Shown here: one piece after another, positions 42,284 through 53,722 of the stretch
How the letters are laid out: the number at the start of each line of letters is the position of its first letter
How positions within the stretch are numbered: position 1 is the first letter of the stretch
DNA from: an uncultured delta proteobacterium
Lineage (GTDB): Bacteria; Myxococcota; Myxococcia; Myxococcales; Myxococcaceae
NCBI GenBank assembly: GCA_963771175.1
Contig: CAVYSY010000040.1
Location: 256,001-320,000 of the forward strand
Reading direction: 5' to 3'
DNA length: 64,000 nucleotides
The notes under the pieces: model-generated
What the model saw: the letters and a program-made list of their open reading frames with translations, nothing else
Told to the model about the DNA's origin: nothing
The model's database searches: none
Translations under genes and position numbers: made by a program

Positions 42284-43021
42284 AACCACGCAAGGAGCGC
42301 CTCGACGTGCTGGTGGTGGAGCGGGGGCTCGCCGAGTCCCGCGACCAAGGCCCAGGCGCTCATCCTCGCCGGGCAGGTGGTGGTGGGCGATCAGCGGGTG
42401 GACAAGCCCGGCTCGCTGGTGCCCGTGGAGGCGGAGCTGCGCCTCAAGGGCGAGGTGCTGCCCTACGTGTCTCGCGGTGGGTTGAAGCTGAAGGCGGCCA
42501 TCGACCGCTTCGGCCTCGACGTGCGCGGCAAGGTGGCCGCGGACATCGGCGCCAGCACCGGCGGCTTCACCGACTGCCTCCTGCAGGAGGGCGCCACGCA
42601 CGTCCACGCCATCGACGTGGGCTACGGGCAGCTGCACGAGAAGCTGCGCACGGATCCGCGCGTCCGCTCCCGCGAGCGCGTCAACGCCCGCTACCTCACC
42701 GCCGAGGATCTCCCCGAGCCGGTGGACGTGGTGGTCATCGACGTCAGCTTCATCTCGCTGACCCAGGTGCTGCCGGCGGTGCTGCCCTTCCTGAAGCCCG
42801 GGGGCCTGCTGGTGGCGCTGGTGAAGCCCCAGTTCGAGGTGGGGCCCGACAAGGTGGGGAAGGGCGGGGTGGTGCGGGACGTGGCCGCGCGCCAGGAGGC
42901 CATCGACTCCGTGTCCGCCTTCGTCCGGGCACAGGGGCTCTCGGTGCGCGGGGTGATGGACTCCACCGTGCCCGGCCCCGCCGGCAACGTCGAGGCGCTG
43001 CTCGTCGCGGACAAGCCGTGA
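42280..43021 (+). CDS. tlyA: TlyA family rRNA 2'-O-methyltransferase (frameshift near 42340)
   Basis: RLDVLVVERGL S4 domain, YVSRGGLKL, DIGASTGGFTD, DVSFISL, LVKPQFE. Confidence 0.93.
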
Positions 43022-43048
43022 CACGGCCTGGCTGTCTGCTGGCCATGT

Positions 43049-43999
43049 TCAGCGTTTCGGAGTCAGTCTCTTGCGTGCCGCTTCCATCGTGGTGACGACG
43101 TGAGAGCGCCGCACGCCGAGGTACTTCGATAGGTAGGCCGCGCCGTCACCGGGAATCACCCACACGGTGCGGGCCTTCGCACGGGTGTCGAACGCCACGA
43201 AGAGCGGCTTGAGAGCCGTGCCCGCGCCGTCGAAGGAGCGCAGATCGACGATGACGTCTTCCGTCTGGGGAATCGCGGCGAGGAACTGCTTCAGGGGCTC
43301 GAGGTGGTCGATGCTGTAGCCGGCCGCGAGCCGCACCACGCGCGGGCTGCCGCCGAGATCCTTCGCCAGCATCTCGTTCGTCAGGTAGCCCTGGACGGGT
43401 TCGATCTGGAAGGTGAGGGGGTCTTCGGCGAGCAGCTCGAGGGACGCTTCGAGCAGGGTGAGGAAGTAGCGCTGGTGGCGTGGGCCGTTGTTCTCGTTGG
43501 GGCTCCACGCTGTGAAGTGCGTCTCGCCATGGCTGGGCGAACAGACGGTGCCGTGGACGGTGATGCCGTCAGCGCCCATGCGGTCCTCTAACTGAAGCTC
43601 CCACGGCTGCAGCCCGGTCAGCTTCGCGTCGAGCGCGGTCGCCGCGGCCTCCGGCACACGCAGGGTGCGCTGTGCGAGTGTCGGGGGCTTCTTCGGCTCG
43701 GTGTACTCCTGCCAGGTGAGCCGCAGCTCCGCATCGGGCCCGCCGCGGAAGGTCACGGTGAGTGGCGCGTGGAACGAGGGCAGGTACACCGCGCGCCAGA
43801 GCGTCTGCCCTTCGGTACAGCCAGGGGGACTCCAGGTGAGCCCCAGGGCCTCGTGTGCCTTCCGGACTCGCGCTTCCCGGCTCTGCCGGAATCGCTCACG
43901 CATGGCCTCCTCCGGCCCGTTGGCCTGGGCCGTCGTCACCACGAAGCTCAGCGCGAGGGCGAGCCTGCCCCACCGTGGACACCCTTGAGGAATGGACAT
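43049..43999 (-). CDS. Hypothetical secreted protein
   Basis: Intact 316-aa ORF; signal peptide ending TAQA; no motif recognised. Confidence 0.7.
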   Translation of the reverse strand: MSIPQGCPRWGRLALALSFVVTTAQANGPEEAMRERFRQSREARVRKAHEALGLTWSPPGCTEGQTLWRAVYLPSFHAPLTVTFRGGPDAELRLTWQEYTEPKKPPTLAQRTLRVPEAAATALDAKLTGLQPWELQLEDRMGADGITVHGTVCSPSHGETHFTAWSPNENNGPRHQRYFLTLLEASLELLAEDPLTFQIEPVQGYLTNEMLAKDLGGSPRVVRLAAGYSIDHLEPLKQFLAAIPQTEDVIVDLRSFDGAGTALKPLFVAFDTRAKARTVWVIPGDGAAYLSKYLGVRRSHVVTTMEAARKRLTPKR

Positions 44000-44031
44000 G
44001 CGCGCCAGTCTACCCGCGCGCCTGAACGAAA

Positions 44032-44068
44032 CTCCTTCCCCCGCCCTGGGTAAAGGCGGGGGAGGGGT
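44032..44068 (-). terminator. Possible terminator hairpin after the lipoprotein gene
   Basis: Imperfect GC-rich inverted repeat followed by T residues on the minus strand. Confidence 0.4.
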
Positions 44069-44080
44069 CTTCCTTCCCGC

Positions 44081-45712
44081 TCAGCGCACCTGCCGGTATT
44101 GCTCCAGCGCGAGCGGCTTCACCAGCTTGCGGCCCACGCGCAGCCAGAGCGTTCCCGAGTCGTCCGTCGCACCGGCGATGGAGCCGCCCGGAATCTGGTA
44201 GCGGTACAGCTCACCCTTCTCCGCCATGTCCGTGGCGACGATCTCCACCGGCCAGGGCGTCGGCAGGGCGTCGGTGGGAGCGCCGCTGGTGAGGAGGTAG
44301 AAGGCGCCGTTCGCGCCCAGCACCACCTGCCGGGGGAAGAGTGCCCCACCGGGGGAGAGCGACTGCCCGTTGTTGTTCACCACCGCCCCGGTCGACGCGT
44401 TCAGGAACCAGGTGTGGTGCGCGGCGACGACGGCCAGGCGCGAGCCGTCCGCATACGGCACCAGGGCCACCACCTGCCCCGTCAGTTCGTTGGACATCCA
44501 CTGGCGGTTGGTCGGCGGATCGCACAGCGATTCGGTGAGCGTCCCGCTGATGGCACAAGAGCGGATGTACGCGTTGGTGTTGGAGATCTGCGTGGCGATG
44601 TACATCAGCGTGCCCGAGGCGTTGAACGCCACGGCGGGCGCCAGGTCTCCGGGGGTCGCCGTGGGCTCGTCGATGTGCACGAAGCGGCTCCAGAAGCCAC
44701 TGATGTAGTTCAGCACGCCGACCCGGACGGTGCCGCCCGGGGTGTCATCCCCGAAGCCGTTGCCAATCGGTACGACGGCGGAGCCCGAGCCGGTGAAGAC
44801 CGGATCGCCGATGACGAAGCCGCTCAGGGTGGTGGCGGGGTTTCCGCTGGTATCGGCGCTGCTGATGACCCACTTGATGGCGCCCGCGGGCGTGATGAGC
44901 CGCAGGGTGGCCGGGTCCACGCCCTCACCCGAGTCATAGACGAGGGCATCGCCCTCGGGAGTGATCGCCAGCCGATCCACCTTCACGTCGCGGATCGCCG
45001 TGGGGGGGGTGGTCGATTCGAACTGGTTCGGGCCGATGGCGAAGAGGCCCTGGTTGGGCGTCCACACCCAGCGCCAGCCGGTGTTGGCGGGCTTCCGCTC
45101 GGTGATGACCGTGCTCTCGGAGCAGGGGATGAGCATCTCCAGGCGCTTCGCGGAGGCCGTGGGGACTTTCGTCACCTTGTAGAGGCCCTGGCGCCCGGTG
45201 CCCTCCTGGGCGCAGCCGATGAACGACACGGTGCCCCCGTTGTCCTCCCTGCCCTCGGCGATGAAGTAGTTGGGCACCACCTGCTCGTTGGCGGAGGCGG
45301 GGTCGATCGCCTCGGCCACCGGGAAGAACGTGGCCGGCTGCGCCTGGGAGACGTTGGTGCGCCCGTCCGCGCAGGTGACGCGCGCCGTGAGCGACAGGTT
45401 GGCGGCGATGCCCCACGTGTAGCGGATCTCGTTCATCCCCAGCTCCACGGGAGTGGGGTTGCCGCCGTAGGTCACCTGCTTGAGCAGCTCGTTGTGGTCG
45501 AGCAGCTCCAGGACCTGCGCCTGGTCACAGCCCGACGTGGACAGGGACAGCTTGAGGCTCTTCCCCACGGTGCTCGGCTCCTCCACCACGATGCTGACCT
45601 GGGGCAGGTCCGGTGTGGGCGCCGGCGGCGGTTCGGGACAGGCGAGGGAGAAGAGCGGCAGCAGCAGCAGCGCTGGGCGGACGAGCGCCCGGGTTGGAGA
45701 GGGGATGGGCAT
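44081..45712 (-). CDS. Hypothetical lipoprotein, beta-rich (propeller-like)
   Basis: Lipobox FSLAC, Pro-rich tether, Gly/Trp-containing beta-strand segments. Confidence 0.78.
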   Translation of the reverse strand: MPIPSPTRALVRPALLLLPLFSLACPEPPPAPTPDLPQVSIVVEEPSTVGKSLKLSLSTSGCDQAQVLELLDHNELLKQVTYGGNPTPVELGMNEIRYTWGIAANLSLTARVTCADGRTNVSQAQPATFFPVAEAIDPASANEQVVPNYFIAEGREDNGGTVSFIGCAQEGTGRQGLYKVTKVPTASAKRLEMLIPCSESTVITERKPANTGWRWVWTPNQGLFAIGPNQFESTTPPTAIRDVKVDRLAITPEGDALVYDSGEGVDPATLRLITPAGAIKWVISSADTSGNPATTLSGFVIGDPVFTGSGSAVVPIGNGFGDDTPGGTVRVGVLNYISGFWSRFVHIDEPTATPGDLAPAVAFNASGTLMYIATQISNTNAYIRSCAISGTLTESLCDPPTNRQWMSNELTGQVVALVPYADGSRLAVVAAHHTWFLNASTGAVVNNNGQSLSPGGALFPRQVVLGANGAFYLLTSGAPTDALPTPWPVEIVATDMAEKGELYRYQIPGGSIAGATDDSGTLWLRVGRKLVKPLALEQYRQVR

Positions 45713-45751
45713 GGTGGCGCGCAGTCTAGCGTGCGCGCCACCCGCCGGACA

Positions 45752-47805
45752 TCAGGGCTCCGGGATGACGAGGTCCACGCGCCGGTTCAGCTCGCGGCCG
45801 CGCGGGGTGAAGTTGGGGGCGACGGGACGGGTATCGCCGTAGCCCTCGGACTCGACTCGCGCCGGCTCCAGGCCCGCCTTGACGAGGGCGTCCGCCACCG
45901 CGCGCGCCCGGTCCTTGGACAGCGCCAGGTTGGCGGCCTTGTCGCCCTGGTTGTCGGTGTGCCCCTCGATGCGGATGCGCTTGATGCCGGTGCGCACCAC
46001 GAGATCGACCACCTGCGCGAGCAGCGGCTGGTTCTCCGGGAGCAGCACGGCCTTGCCCTCCACGAAGCGCACCGGCTGGGTCAGCTCCAGCTTGTCGTTC
46101 TCTCGCTTCACCAGCCACTGCTTCGGCTCGGGCTCCAGGTCGAACGCCAGGTTCAGCGCGGCGCCCTCGGTGACCTGCACTCCACGCATCTGGGCCAGGA
46201 AGCCGGGCGCGGTGACCTCCACCACGTAGCGGCCGGCCGGGAGCCGCAGCGCGTGGGACGCCGCATCGGCCTCGGTGAACTTCACCTGCCGGGACTCGGG
46301 ACCCTGGAAGGCCAGCGTGGCGGACACCGGCTTGCGCTTCGAGGTGACGGCGAGGGCGAGTGTCGCCGGCTTCACCTCCGCCACGAGCGCCAGCTCCACC
46401 CGGGCGAGCTCGCCCGCCTTCAGCACCACTTCCTGCTCCAGCGGGAGGTAGCCCTCCTTGCGCACGGAGAGCTTCACCGGGCCGCTCGGCAGCGCGTACG
46501 TGAGGAAGCGGCCGTCGCGCGGGTCCGAGGCCACCGGCGGCAGCGACGAGTCCACCATGTCCACGAGGACTCCGGGGATGGGCTGGCGCGTCTTCGCGTC
46601 CAGCACCACGCCGGACACCTGGGCCGTCTGGGTCGCGGCGGAGTTCGTCATGGCGGTGGAGGTTCGCGTCACCGGGTCGGCTCCCGCACCACGCGCGGCG
46701 CGCCGGCCTGGAGCAGCGGATCCACGTTGAGCGAGGCGCCGAGGGCGAGGTTGAAGGGCGCCACGGGCGGCAGGCCCCGGCCCACCTGTCGCGTGAGACC
46801 GAACTCGGCCGCCGCGGTGAAGGTGAAGTTCGTCAGGGCCGTCACCTTGACGCCCAGCCCGAGCGTCTGGGGCGCCACGCTGCCCACGGACACGAGCGTC
46901 CCGTCCGGAGCGACGAGCTGGCCACCCTCCACGCCGAGCGGAGAGGCCAGGCCGTACTCGAGGAAGGGCGTGGCGATCGGCAGCGGCGCCTCGACCCCGA
47001 GCCCCACGGTGAAGCGGGGGTAGCGGTTGATGCCGAGGGCGTACTCCTCGGAGGCGTTGAGCCGGCTGGCATCCACCAGCGAGCCCGTGCCGTCCACGAG
47101 GACGCCGAGGTTGGCGTGGGCGCGCAGCGGCAGGGGCAGCTTCCCGCTCGCGTCATAGGTGGCCACCGCGCGGGGCGAGAAGCCGAACGCGACCTGGCTC
47201 TGGTTGCCCACGCCGGAGAACGTCATGACGCGCAGGTCCGCGCCGGCCCACAGTCCCGGAATCCACTGCTTCGTGGCCCGGGCCCCGAGCGTCACGTCCC
47301 CGAGCGCCTGGATGAGGTTGGGCGAGGAGCGCGTGTTGGTGTTGGCCGAGGCCGCGTAGGCCAGCGACACCTCGAGGAACTCCAGCGGCACGTACGACAG
47401 GGCGAAGACACCGGTGGTGCGCGTGTTCTCCGCGCCCTGCACGGGGAAGTCGGCGCTGGAGGAGCGCTCGCCCGAGAGCGAGAGCCGCAGCAGGCCCGGG
47501 CGTCCGAGGTCCGCTCCCGCCACGCGCAGCAGTCCCACCCCTCCGGTGGGAGTGGCCGAGCGACGGACGTTCGCCGGGGAGTTCCAGGCGTTGTCTCGGG
47601 TCGCGGGAGTATGGATGCCAAGGTCGGCAGGCGAGGATGCCGCCGCCTTCTCCTCCGAGGGCTGAGCGGCCGGAGGCGCGGAGAGGGGCGTCGCGGACGC
47701 CTGGGGCCCTTCCGCCCGAGCCGTCCCGACGCTCAGGAGCGCCGTCAGCAGCAGGGGGTTCAGAGGGGAAGAGAACTGCGGAACTGGCGGAAGTCGCACG
47801 GCCAC
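45752..47805 (-). CDS. Outer-membrane beta-barrel plus carboxypeptidase-regulatory/PEGA-like modules plus OmpA domain (frameshift near 46680)
   Basis: Signal ending TARA; alternating beta-strand N-half; VSGVVLDAKTRQPI; IEGHTDNQG, NLALSKDRARAV, NRRVD; start uncertain. Confidence 0.85.
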
Positions 47806-47984
47806 CGAGTATACGCGGGGGAGTTGCTCTAACAATTCTTGCCCTGACCCCCCGAGTCCGACACGCTGGCCCCCAGCCGGCTTCAGCGGCATGATTCGGA
47901 CCCGCGCATGACGGTTGACGCTTTCGTGAAATTTTTCCGGTCTCTCCATACGCCCGTGCAGGGCCTGTCCTCCCGGGTGCTCCG

Positions 47985-50484
47985 TTGAGAGCCGAGCTCG
48001 TCGGCGCGCGGGGTCGCGTCCTGGTGATTGGCGCGCGAGCGGCGAATGACGTCCTGCTCGCGCACCTGTCCGATGGCGGCTTCCTGTGGGACATCACCGA
48101 GGACCTGCAGGAGCTGGCCAGGCTGGGGGAGTCTCTGCGGCCCGACGCCATCCTCGTGTCGGCCACCGGCAAGCGGGCCACCGAGGCGCTCGCCGCCGTC
48201 CGCCAGGACACGCGGCTGCGCGAGCTGAAGGTGCTGGCGGATTCCACCCGCTCCCGCTCGGAGGTGCTGCGCAAGCTGCCGGTGGATGACTGGGTGCGCA
48301 GTCTCGAGGAGCTCATCCCGCGGCTGGACGCGGTGCTGCGCGAGCGCAAGATCATGGAGCGCACCCGCAACCGCATGGAGCGGCTGCTGGAAATCACCCA
48401 GGCCGCCACCAGCTCGCTGGAGCTGGATCAGATCCTCCGCCTCGCGGTGGAGAAGGTCGGCGCTGTCATCAACGCGGACCGCTGCTCCGTGGTGCTGGTG
48501 GAGGACATCTCCTCTCCCACCGCCAGCGTGGTGGCGACGATGGAGGACCCGGGCCTGTCACTGGACGTGGACCTCGCCCGCTACCCCGAGCTGCGCCGCG
48601 CCCTGGAGACCCGGCAGCCGGTGCTGGTGGAGGAGGCGCAGAGGGATCCGCTGATGGCCGAGGTGCGTCCCGCCATCACTTCCGTCGGCGTGCGCTCCAT
48701 CCTCGTGCAGCCCCTGGTGTGCCAGGACGAGCTGCTCGGGGCGCTCTTCCTGCGCATCTCCCGCGGCTCCGAGGGCTTCGGCCGGGACGAGCAGGAGTTC
48801 GCCCAGGCGGTGGCGGCGGCGCTCGCCAACTGCCTCCGCAACGCCCGCCTGCACACCGCGCTCAAGAAGAAGCGCGATGAGCTCGAGCTGGCCTATGTGG
48901 AGCGCTACCGCGAGCTGACCGAGGCCAACCGCCGCCTCAAGGATCTCAACCGGCTCAAGGACGAGATCATCGCGGTGTGCAGCCACGACCTGCGCGCCCC
49001 GCTGCAGGTGCTGCTGGGCCACGGCCGGCTGCTGCTGGAGGGCGGGCTGGATCCGCAGCAGAAGCAGTCCGCCGAGGCGATGATCCGCCAGGGCCGGAAG
49101 ATCCTCGGCCTGGTCGAGTCGCTGCTGGACAAGGGCAAGGGCGACGTGGCGCGCCTGTCCATCGAGCCGCGCGTGCTGGACATCTCCGAGCTCTGCAAGG
49201 AGAGCGTCAACGAGCTGGAGATCCTCGCCGCCGAGCGGGGCGTGGCCCTGCGGGCCGAGAATCCCGAGAGCATGATGCTCATCGGCGACGAGCTGAAGCT
49301 GCACGAGGTGCTGCAGAACCTCATCACCAACGCCATCCACCACGCGCAGGACGCGGGCGAGGTGGTGGTGAAGGCCTCGCGGCTGGCGCGGCCGGACGGT
49401 GACGTGGCGCGCATCGTGGTGCAGGACGACGGCAAGGGCATCCCTCCCGAGGAGCTGCCGCTCGTGTTCGACCGCTACCGCAGCGGCTCCAAGAGCGGAG
49501 GCGGGGGCGCCGGTCTGGGCCTCGCCATCTGCAAGGAGTTCGTGGAGCTCCACGGTGGGGAGATCTGGGCCGAGGCTCCGCCCGAGGGCGGCGCGGCGTT
49601 CATCTTCACGATGCCCCTGGCGCAGGAGGTCCAGCGCGCCGTGAAGAACCTCCCCAACAAGGAGGTGACCGAGCAGCCGCGTGTGCTGGTGGTGGAGGAC
49701 GAGCCGGAGATCGCCGCGGTGCTGGTGGAGGTGCTGCGCTCGCGCTACCGCGTGGACGTGGCGCGCGACGGCGCCGAGGGCCTGGCCCGGGCGCGCTCGT
49801 CCAAGCCGGACCTGGTGGTGATGGACGTCTTCCTGCCCAAGCTGGACGGCCTGGACGCCGCGGTGGCGCTCAAGTCCTCCTCGGACACCGCCAGCATCCC
49901 CGTCATCCTGCTGTCCGCCCACCAGGGCGTGGCCGACAAGGTCCGCGCGCTCAACCTCGGCGCGGTGGACTACATGAGCAAGCCCTTCAACGCGATGGAG
50001 CTGCTCACCCGTACCGAGCGCGCTCTCAAGCTGCGCAAGGCCGAGAGCAATGGAGCGCACCTCCTCGCTCCTGCGGCGCAGCGGGAACGATCCTATCACC
50101 GGGCTCTACGACCGGCGCGGTCTGATGCTTCGGTTGGATCACGAGGTGAGCCGCGGGCGGCGCTACAGCCGGCCGGTGAGCCTCGCCGTGCTTCGCCCCG
50201 AGCGCCCCGTGCGGAGCGACGTGCTGCGCGGCGTGCCGGACGTGATGCGCGCGCGGCTGCGCACCCCGGACATCATCGGCCACATGGGCGAGGGTGTGCT
50301 CGCCGTCGTCCTGCCCGAGTGCAATGTTGAAGCGGGGCGCAACGTCATCGGCCGCCTGCTGCCGGATGTCGAGAAGCACACGGGGATGGAGTACCGCTCG
50401 GCGGTGGCCGACGTGAGTCACGACAGCGAACCGGTGGAGCGCATCCTGGAGCGGTTGGGCGCACCGGTCGCACCGGTGCTGTAG
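47985..50484 (+). CDS. sgmT: Hybrid histidine kinase GAF-HisKA-HATPase-REC-degenerate GGDEF (frameshift near 50045)
   Basis: SHDLRAP, LQNLITNA, DDGKG, GAGLGL; REC VVMDVFLP; DPITGLYDRR, RTPD I-site with GEGVL; architecture and neighbours match M. xanthus SgmT as recalled. Confidence 0.88.
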
Positions 50485-50533
50485 GTCAGGGCACCACCTG
50501 TGCTGGCGCCGCCGCCGCGTTAGACTCGGTGGC

Positions 50534-52405
50534 GTGCGCCTCCCTCGAACCCTCGCCCGAGCCGTGCCCCTCCTGGCCCTCGTCGGGCTGGGTGCGGTCG
50601 CGGCCCCTCCGCGTCGGCCTCCGGTGGACCGCTCGGCCATGAGTGAGGCCATCTCCGCGGCGGCCAGGGACGAAGGCATCGCCTCGTCCGCCAGCTATGC
50701 GCACTACCTGCAGGCCAGGCTGCTGAGCCTCCAGGGGGACTACCGGGGTTCGGTGGACGAGCTGCGGCTGGCGTTGGCCACCGATGACGGCAGCCCATTC
50801 CTGCTCACCCAGCTCGGCGAGGCGTACGCGCGTGCGGGAGACCTGACGCTCGCCGAGCGCGAATTGCGGCGCGTGGTGGAGCGCCACCCCACGTACTATG
50901 CCGGCCGGCTGATGCTGGGGCGCGTGTTGATGGATGCTGGCAAGTCCGCTCGGGCCCGGCTGCACCTGCGCCGCGCCATCCAGCTCAAGCCTCGCGAGCC
51001 GGAGGCCTACCTCGTCCTCGCGCAGCTCCACCTCGAGTCCCGCGCGAACGAGCAGGCCGTGAAGGTGGTGGAGGACCTGGCGGCGGCGCTGCCCGGCGAG
51101 GCCTCCGGCTACCGGCGGCTGGGGCTGGCCCTGGCCGAGCGTGGCGATGCCTCCCGGGCCGAGCAGATGCTGGCGCGGGCCATCGAGCGCGACCCCGGGG
51201 ACGTGGAATCGTTGACCACGCTCGCGCAGCTCTACGAGAAGGCCGGTCGCCTCTCCACGGCGGAGGAGGCGCTGGCTCGGGCGCTGGAGCGCGACCCGGA
51301 CAACCAGGCGGTGCTGGTGAGCGCCGGTCGGATCGCGCTGCGGCTCGGCTCGGCGGTGCGGGCGCGCGCGTACTTCGAGCGGCTCCTGTCCATCTCCCAG
51401 GATCCGGAGCTCGTCGTCCGGGTGGCCTTCTCCTTCCTGTCCGCGCGTGACAGTGCCTCGGCCGCGGAGGTGCTGGACGCCGCTCGAAAGGGGAGGGGAG
51501 CGTCGCCCCGCGTCTCCTTCTACGCGGGCCTCGTCCACGAGAGGCTGCGCCACTTCGACGTGGCCGCCACCGCGTACGCCGAGGTGCCCGTCTCCTCCGA
51601 GCTCTTCGCCGATTCGCGCGCTCGCCGCGCCATCTGCCTCTCCCAGGGGGGCGACCACAAGACGGCGATTGCCCTGCTGCGCGAGGCCATTTCCGAGCGC
51701 CCCGATGACGCGGAGCTGCGGGTGCAGCTCGCCCGAGCCCACGAGCGGAGCGGCGCGCCCGACGCCGCCGTGGCCGCGCTGAAGGAGGCCCTCGCGCGGC
51801 TGCCGGAGCCGGACCTCTATGAGGCGCTCGCCTCCACCTTGCGGCGCCAGAGGCGCCCGGCCGAGGCACTCGCCTTGTTGCGTGAGGCCGTCGCTCGCCA
51901 GCCCCGCGAGCCGGCCCTGCGCTATGCCCTCGGCTCCGCGCTCCTGGAGCAGGGTGACCCGGAGGGGGCCCTCTCCTGGATGCGCAGCGTGCTCGAGGTG
52001 GACCCGGACCACGCGGCGGCGATGAACTTCATCGGCTACCTGCTTGCCCAGCGCGGCAGACACTACGAGGAGGCCGAGCGGCTGGTGCGGCGCGCCCTGG
52101 AGCTGCGCCCGGACACCGGGGCCTTCCTGGACTCGCTGGGGTGGATTCATTTCCAGCGCGGCGACTATCCGCGTGCGGTGGAGGCATTGGAGCGGGCGGC
52201 GGAGCTGGAGCCCGAGGAGCCCGTCATCCTCGAGCACCTGGGAGACGCCTACCAGCGGCTGGCGCGCGCGGGGGATGCCGCGGGAGCCTGGCGGCGCGCG
52301 CTCGAGATCCTGGCCCTGCATCCCGAGGCCGCCGATCCGCCCGAACAGCGGGCGCTCCTCGAGCGAAAGCTGAAGTTTCTGTCAACCGGTGCGGTGGATC
52401 GCTAA
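50534..52405 (+). CDS. Multi-TPR exported protein (SgmS-like by position)
   Basis: Signal peptide; many TPRs; AMNFIGYLLA, FLDSLGWIHF, ILEHLGDAY. Confidence 0.88.
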   Translation: MRLPRTLARAVPLLALVGLGAVAAPPRRPPVDRSAMSEAISAAARDEGIASSASYAHYLQARLLSLQGDYRGSVDELRLALATDDGSPFLLTQLGEAYARAGDLTLAERELRRVVERHPTYYAGRLMLGRVLMDAGKSARARLHLRRAIQLKPREPEAYLVLAQLHLESRANEQAVKVVEDLAAALPGEASGYRRLGLALAERGDASRAEQMLARAIERDPGDVESLTTLAQLYEKAGRLSTAEEALARALERDPDNQAVLVSAGRIALRLGSAVRARAYFERLLSISQDPELVVRVAFSFLSARDSASAAEVLDAARKGRGASPRVSFYAGLVHERLRHFDVAATAYAEVPVSSELFADSRARRAICLSQGGDHKTAIALLREAISERPDDAELRVQLARAHERSGAPDAAVAALKEALARLPEPDLYEALASTLRRQRRPAEALALLREAVARQPREPALRYALGSALLEQGDPEGALSWMRSVLEVDPDHAAAMNFIGYLLAQRGRHYEEAERLVRRALELRPDTGAFLDSLGWIHFQRGDYPRAVEALERAAELEPEEPVILEHLGDAYQRLARAGDAAGAWRRALEILALHPEAADPPEQRALLERKLKFLSTGAVDR

Positions 52406-53257
52406 TGTCTTCAGACCCTATGGCGCGCTTCGACGAGGGCTTCTTCACTGGGAAAGACGGGCTCCGGCTCTACTGGATGTCCGAGCAGCCGGAACAACCC
52501 CGAGCCCACGTGGCGGTGGTGCACGGCTATGGCGACCACATCGGTCGCTATCGGCCCGCGATCGACGCCCTGGCGGCCGAGGGGTATGCCGTTCACGGCT
52601 TCGACTACCGCGGCCACGGGCGCGCCGACGGGCGCCGGGGCTTCTGCGAGACCTGGCCGGACTACCTGGACGACCTGGCCGGCTTCTGGGAGCGGGTCCG
52701 CCGCGAGGCTGGTGGGCGGAAGCTCTTCCTGCTCGCGCACAGCCATGGCGGGTTGATGGCGGCGCACCTGCTGGGGCGGGGCGGACTGGAGGGCGTGAGC
52801 GGGATTGTGCTGTCCGCGCCTTATTTCAAGCTCGCCATCACGCCGCCGACGTTGAAAGTGGTGGCCGCTCGGGCGGTGGGGCAGGGTCCTCCCGTGGATG
52901 CCCATCAAGAGCGAGCTCACCCCGGAGCATCTCAGCCGGGACGAGGCGGTCCAGGAGGCCGTACGTCAGGACCCCCTCTACAATACTCTGGTGACCCCGC
53001 GCTGGTTCATCGAGTCCACTCAGGCCCAGTCCCAGGTGATGACGCTCGCCTCCAAGGTGAAGGTGCCGCTCTTCATGCTCTGTGGCTCCGAGGATGGCGT
53101 GGCGAGCGTTGCCGCCGGACGCCAGTTTTTCGATGCCGTGGGCTCCCAGGACAAGGTGTACAAGGCCTATCCCGGGATGCGTCACGAGCCGCTCAACGAG
53201 ATCGGCAAGGCGGAGGTCCATCGGGACATCTGCAACTGGATCTCCGCGCATCTCTGA
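52405..53257 (+). CDS. Lysophospholipase, alpha/beta hydrolase (AgmH-like; frameshift near 52880)
   Basis: VHGYGDH, DYRGHG, AHSHGG nucleophile elbow, GMRHEPLNE. Confidence 0.88.
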
Positions 53258-53320
53258 CGTAGGTTCCAATTCCTTACAGAGCAAACTTCGATTCTCGAGG
53301 GCGCTTCCGAGGGTCACCGC

Positions 53321-53666
53321 ATGGCACAGGCCGAGCAGACGGGCATCATCGGCAAGGGCATCATCATCCGGGGCAACCTCACCGGCGGCGGCGACCTGGT
53401 CATCGAGGGGCGGGTCGAGGGGCAGATCGCCCTGAAGAACCACCTCACCATCGAGGACACCGGCAAGGTGGAGGCCGACATCCGGGCCGAGGAGCTGACC
53501 ATCAACGGCGAGGCGAGCGGCAACATCGACGCCTGCGCGCCGGGTGTCCATCAACGCCTCGGCGAAGGTCACCGGCGACATCAAGGCCCCGCGGGTGGTC
53601 ATCGAGGACGGCGCGGTCTTCAACGGCTCCATCGAGATGGACGTCAAGCTGCCCGACGACATCTAA
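53321..53666 (+). CDS. bacN: Bactofilin (frameshifted)
   Basis: IIGKGIIIRGNLTGGGDLVIEGRVEG; IEDGAVFNGSIEM; first of three. Confidence 0.85.
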
Positions 53667-53722
53667 GCGGGCCTCGGAGCGCTCGCAGCACCGCTCTCGA
53701 GGAGGCGGACGGACGAACACAC

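Noticed and set aside
44099..47023. 974-aa plus-strand ORF and similar long antisense ORFs (15688-17778, 35017-37158, 50486-52321)
   Set aside because: Shadow frames of real genes in high-GC DNA with no motifs
45752..47805. Calling the barrel-OmpA gene traB
   Set aside because: Lacks thrombospondin type-3 repeats and has no upstream TraA-like Cys-repeat gene
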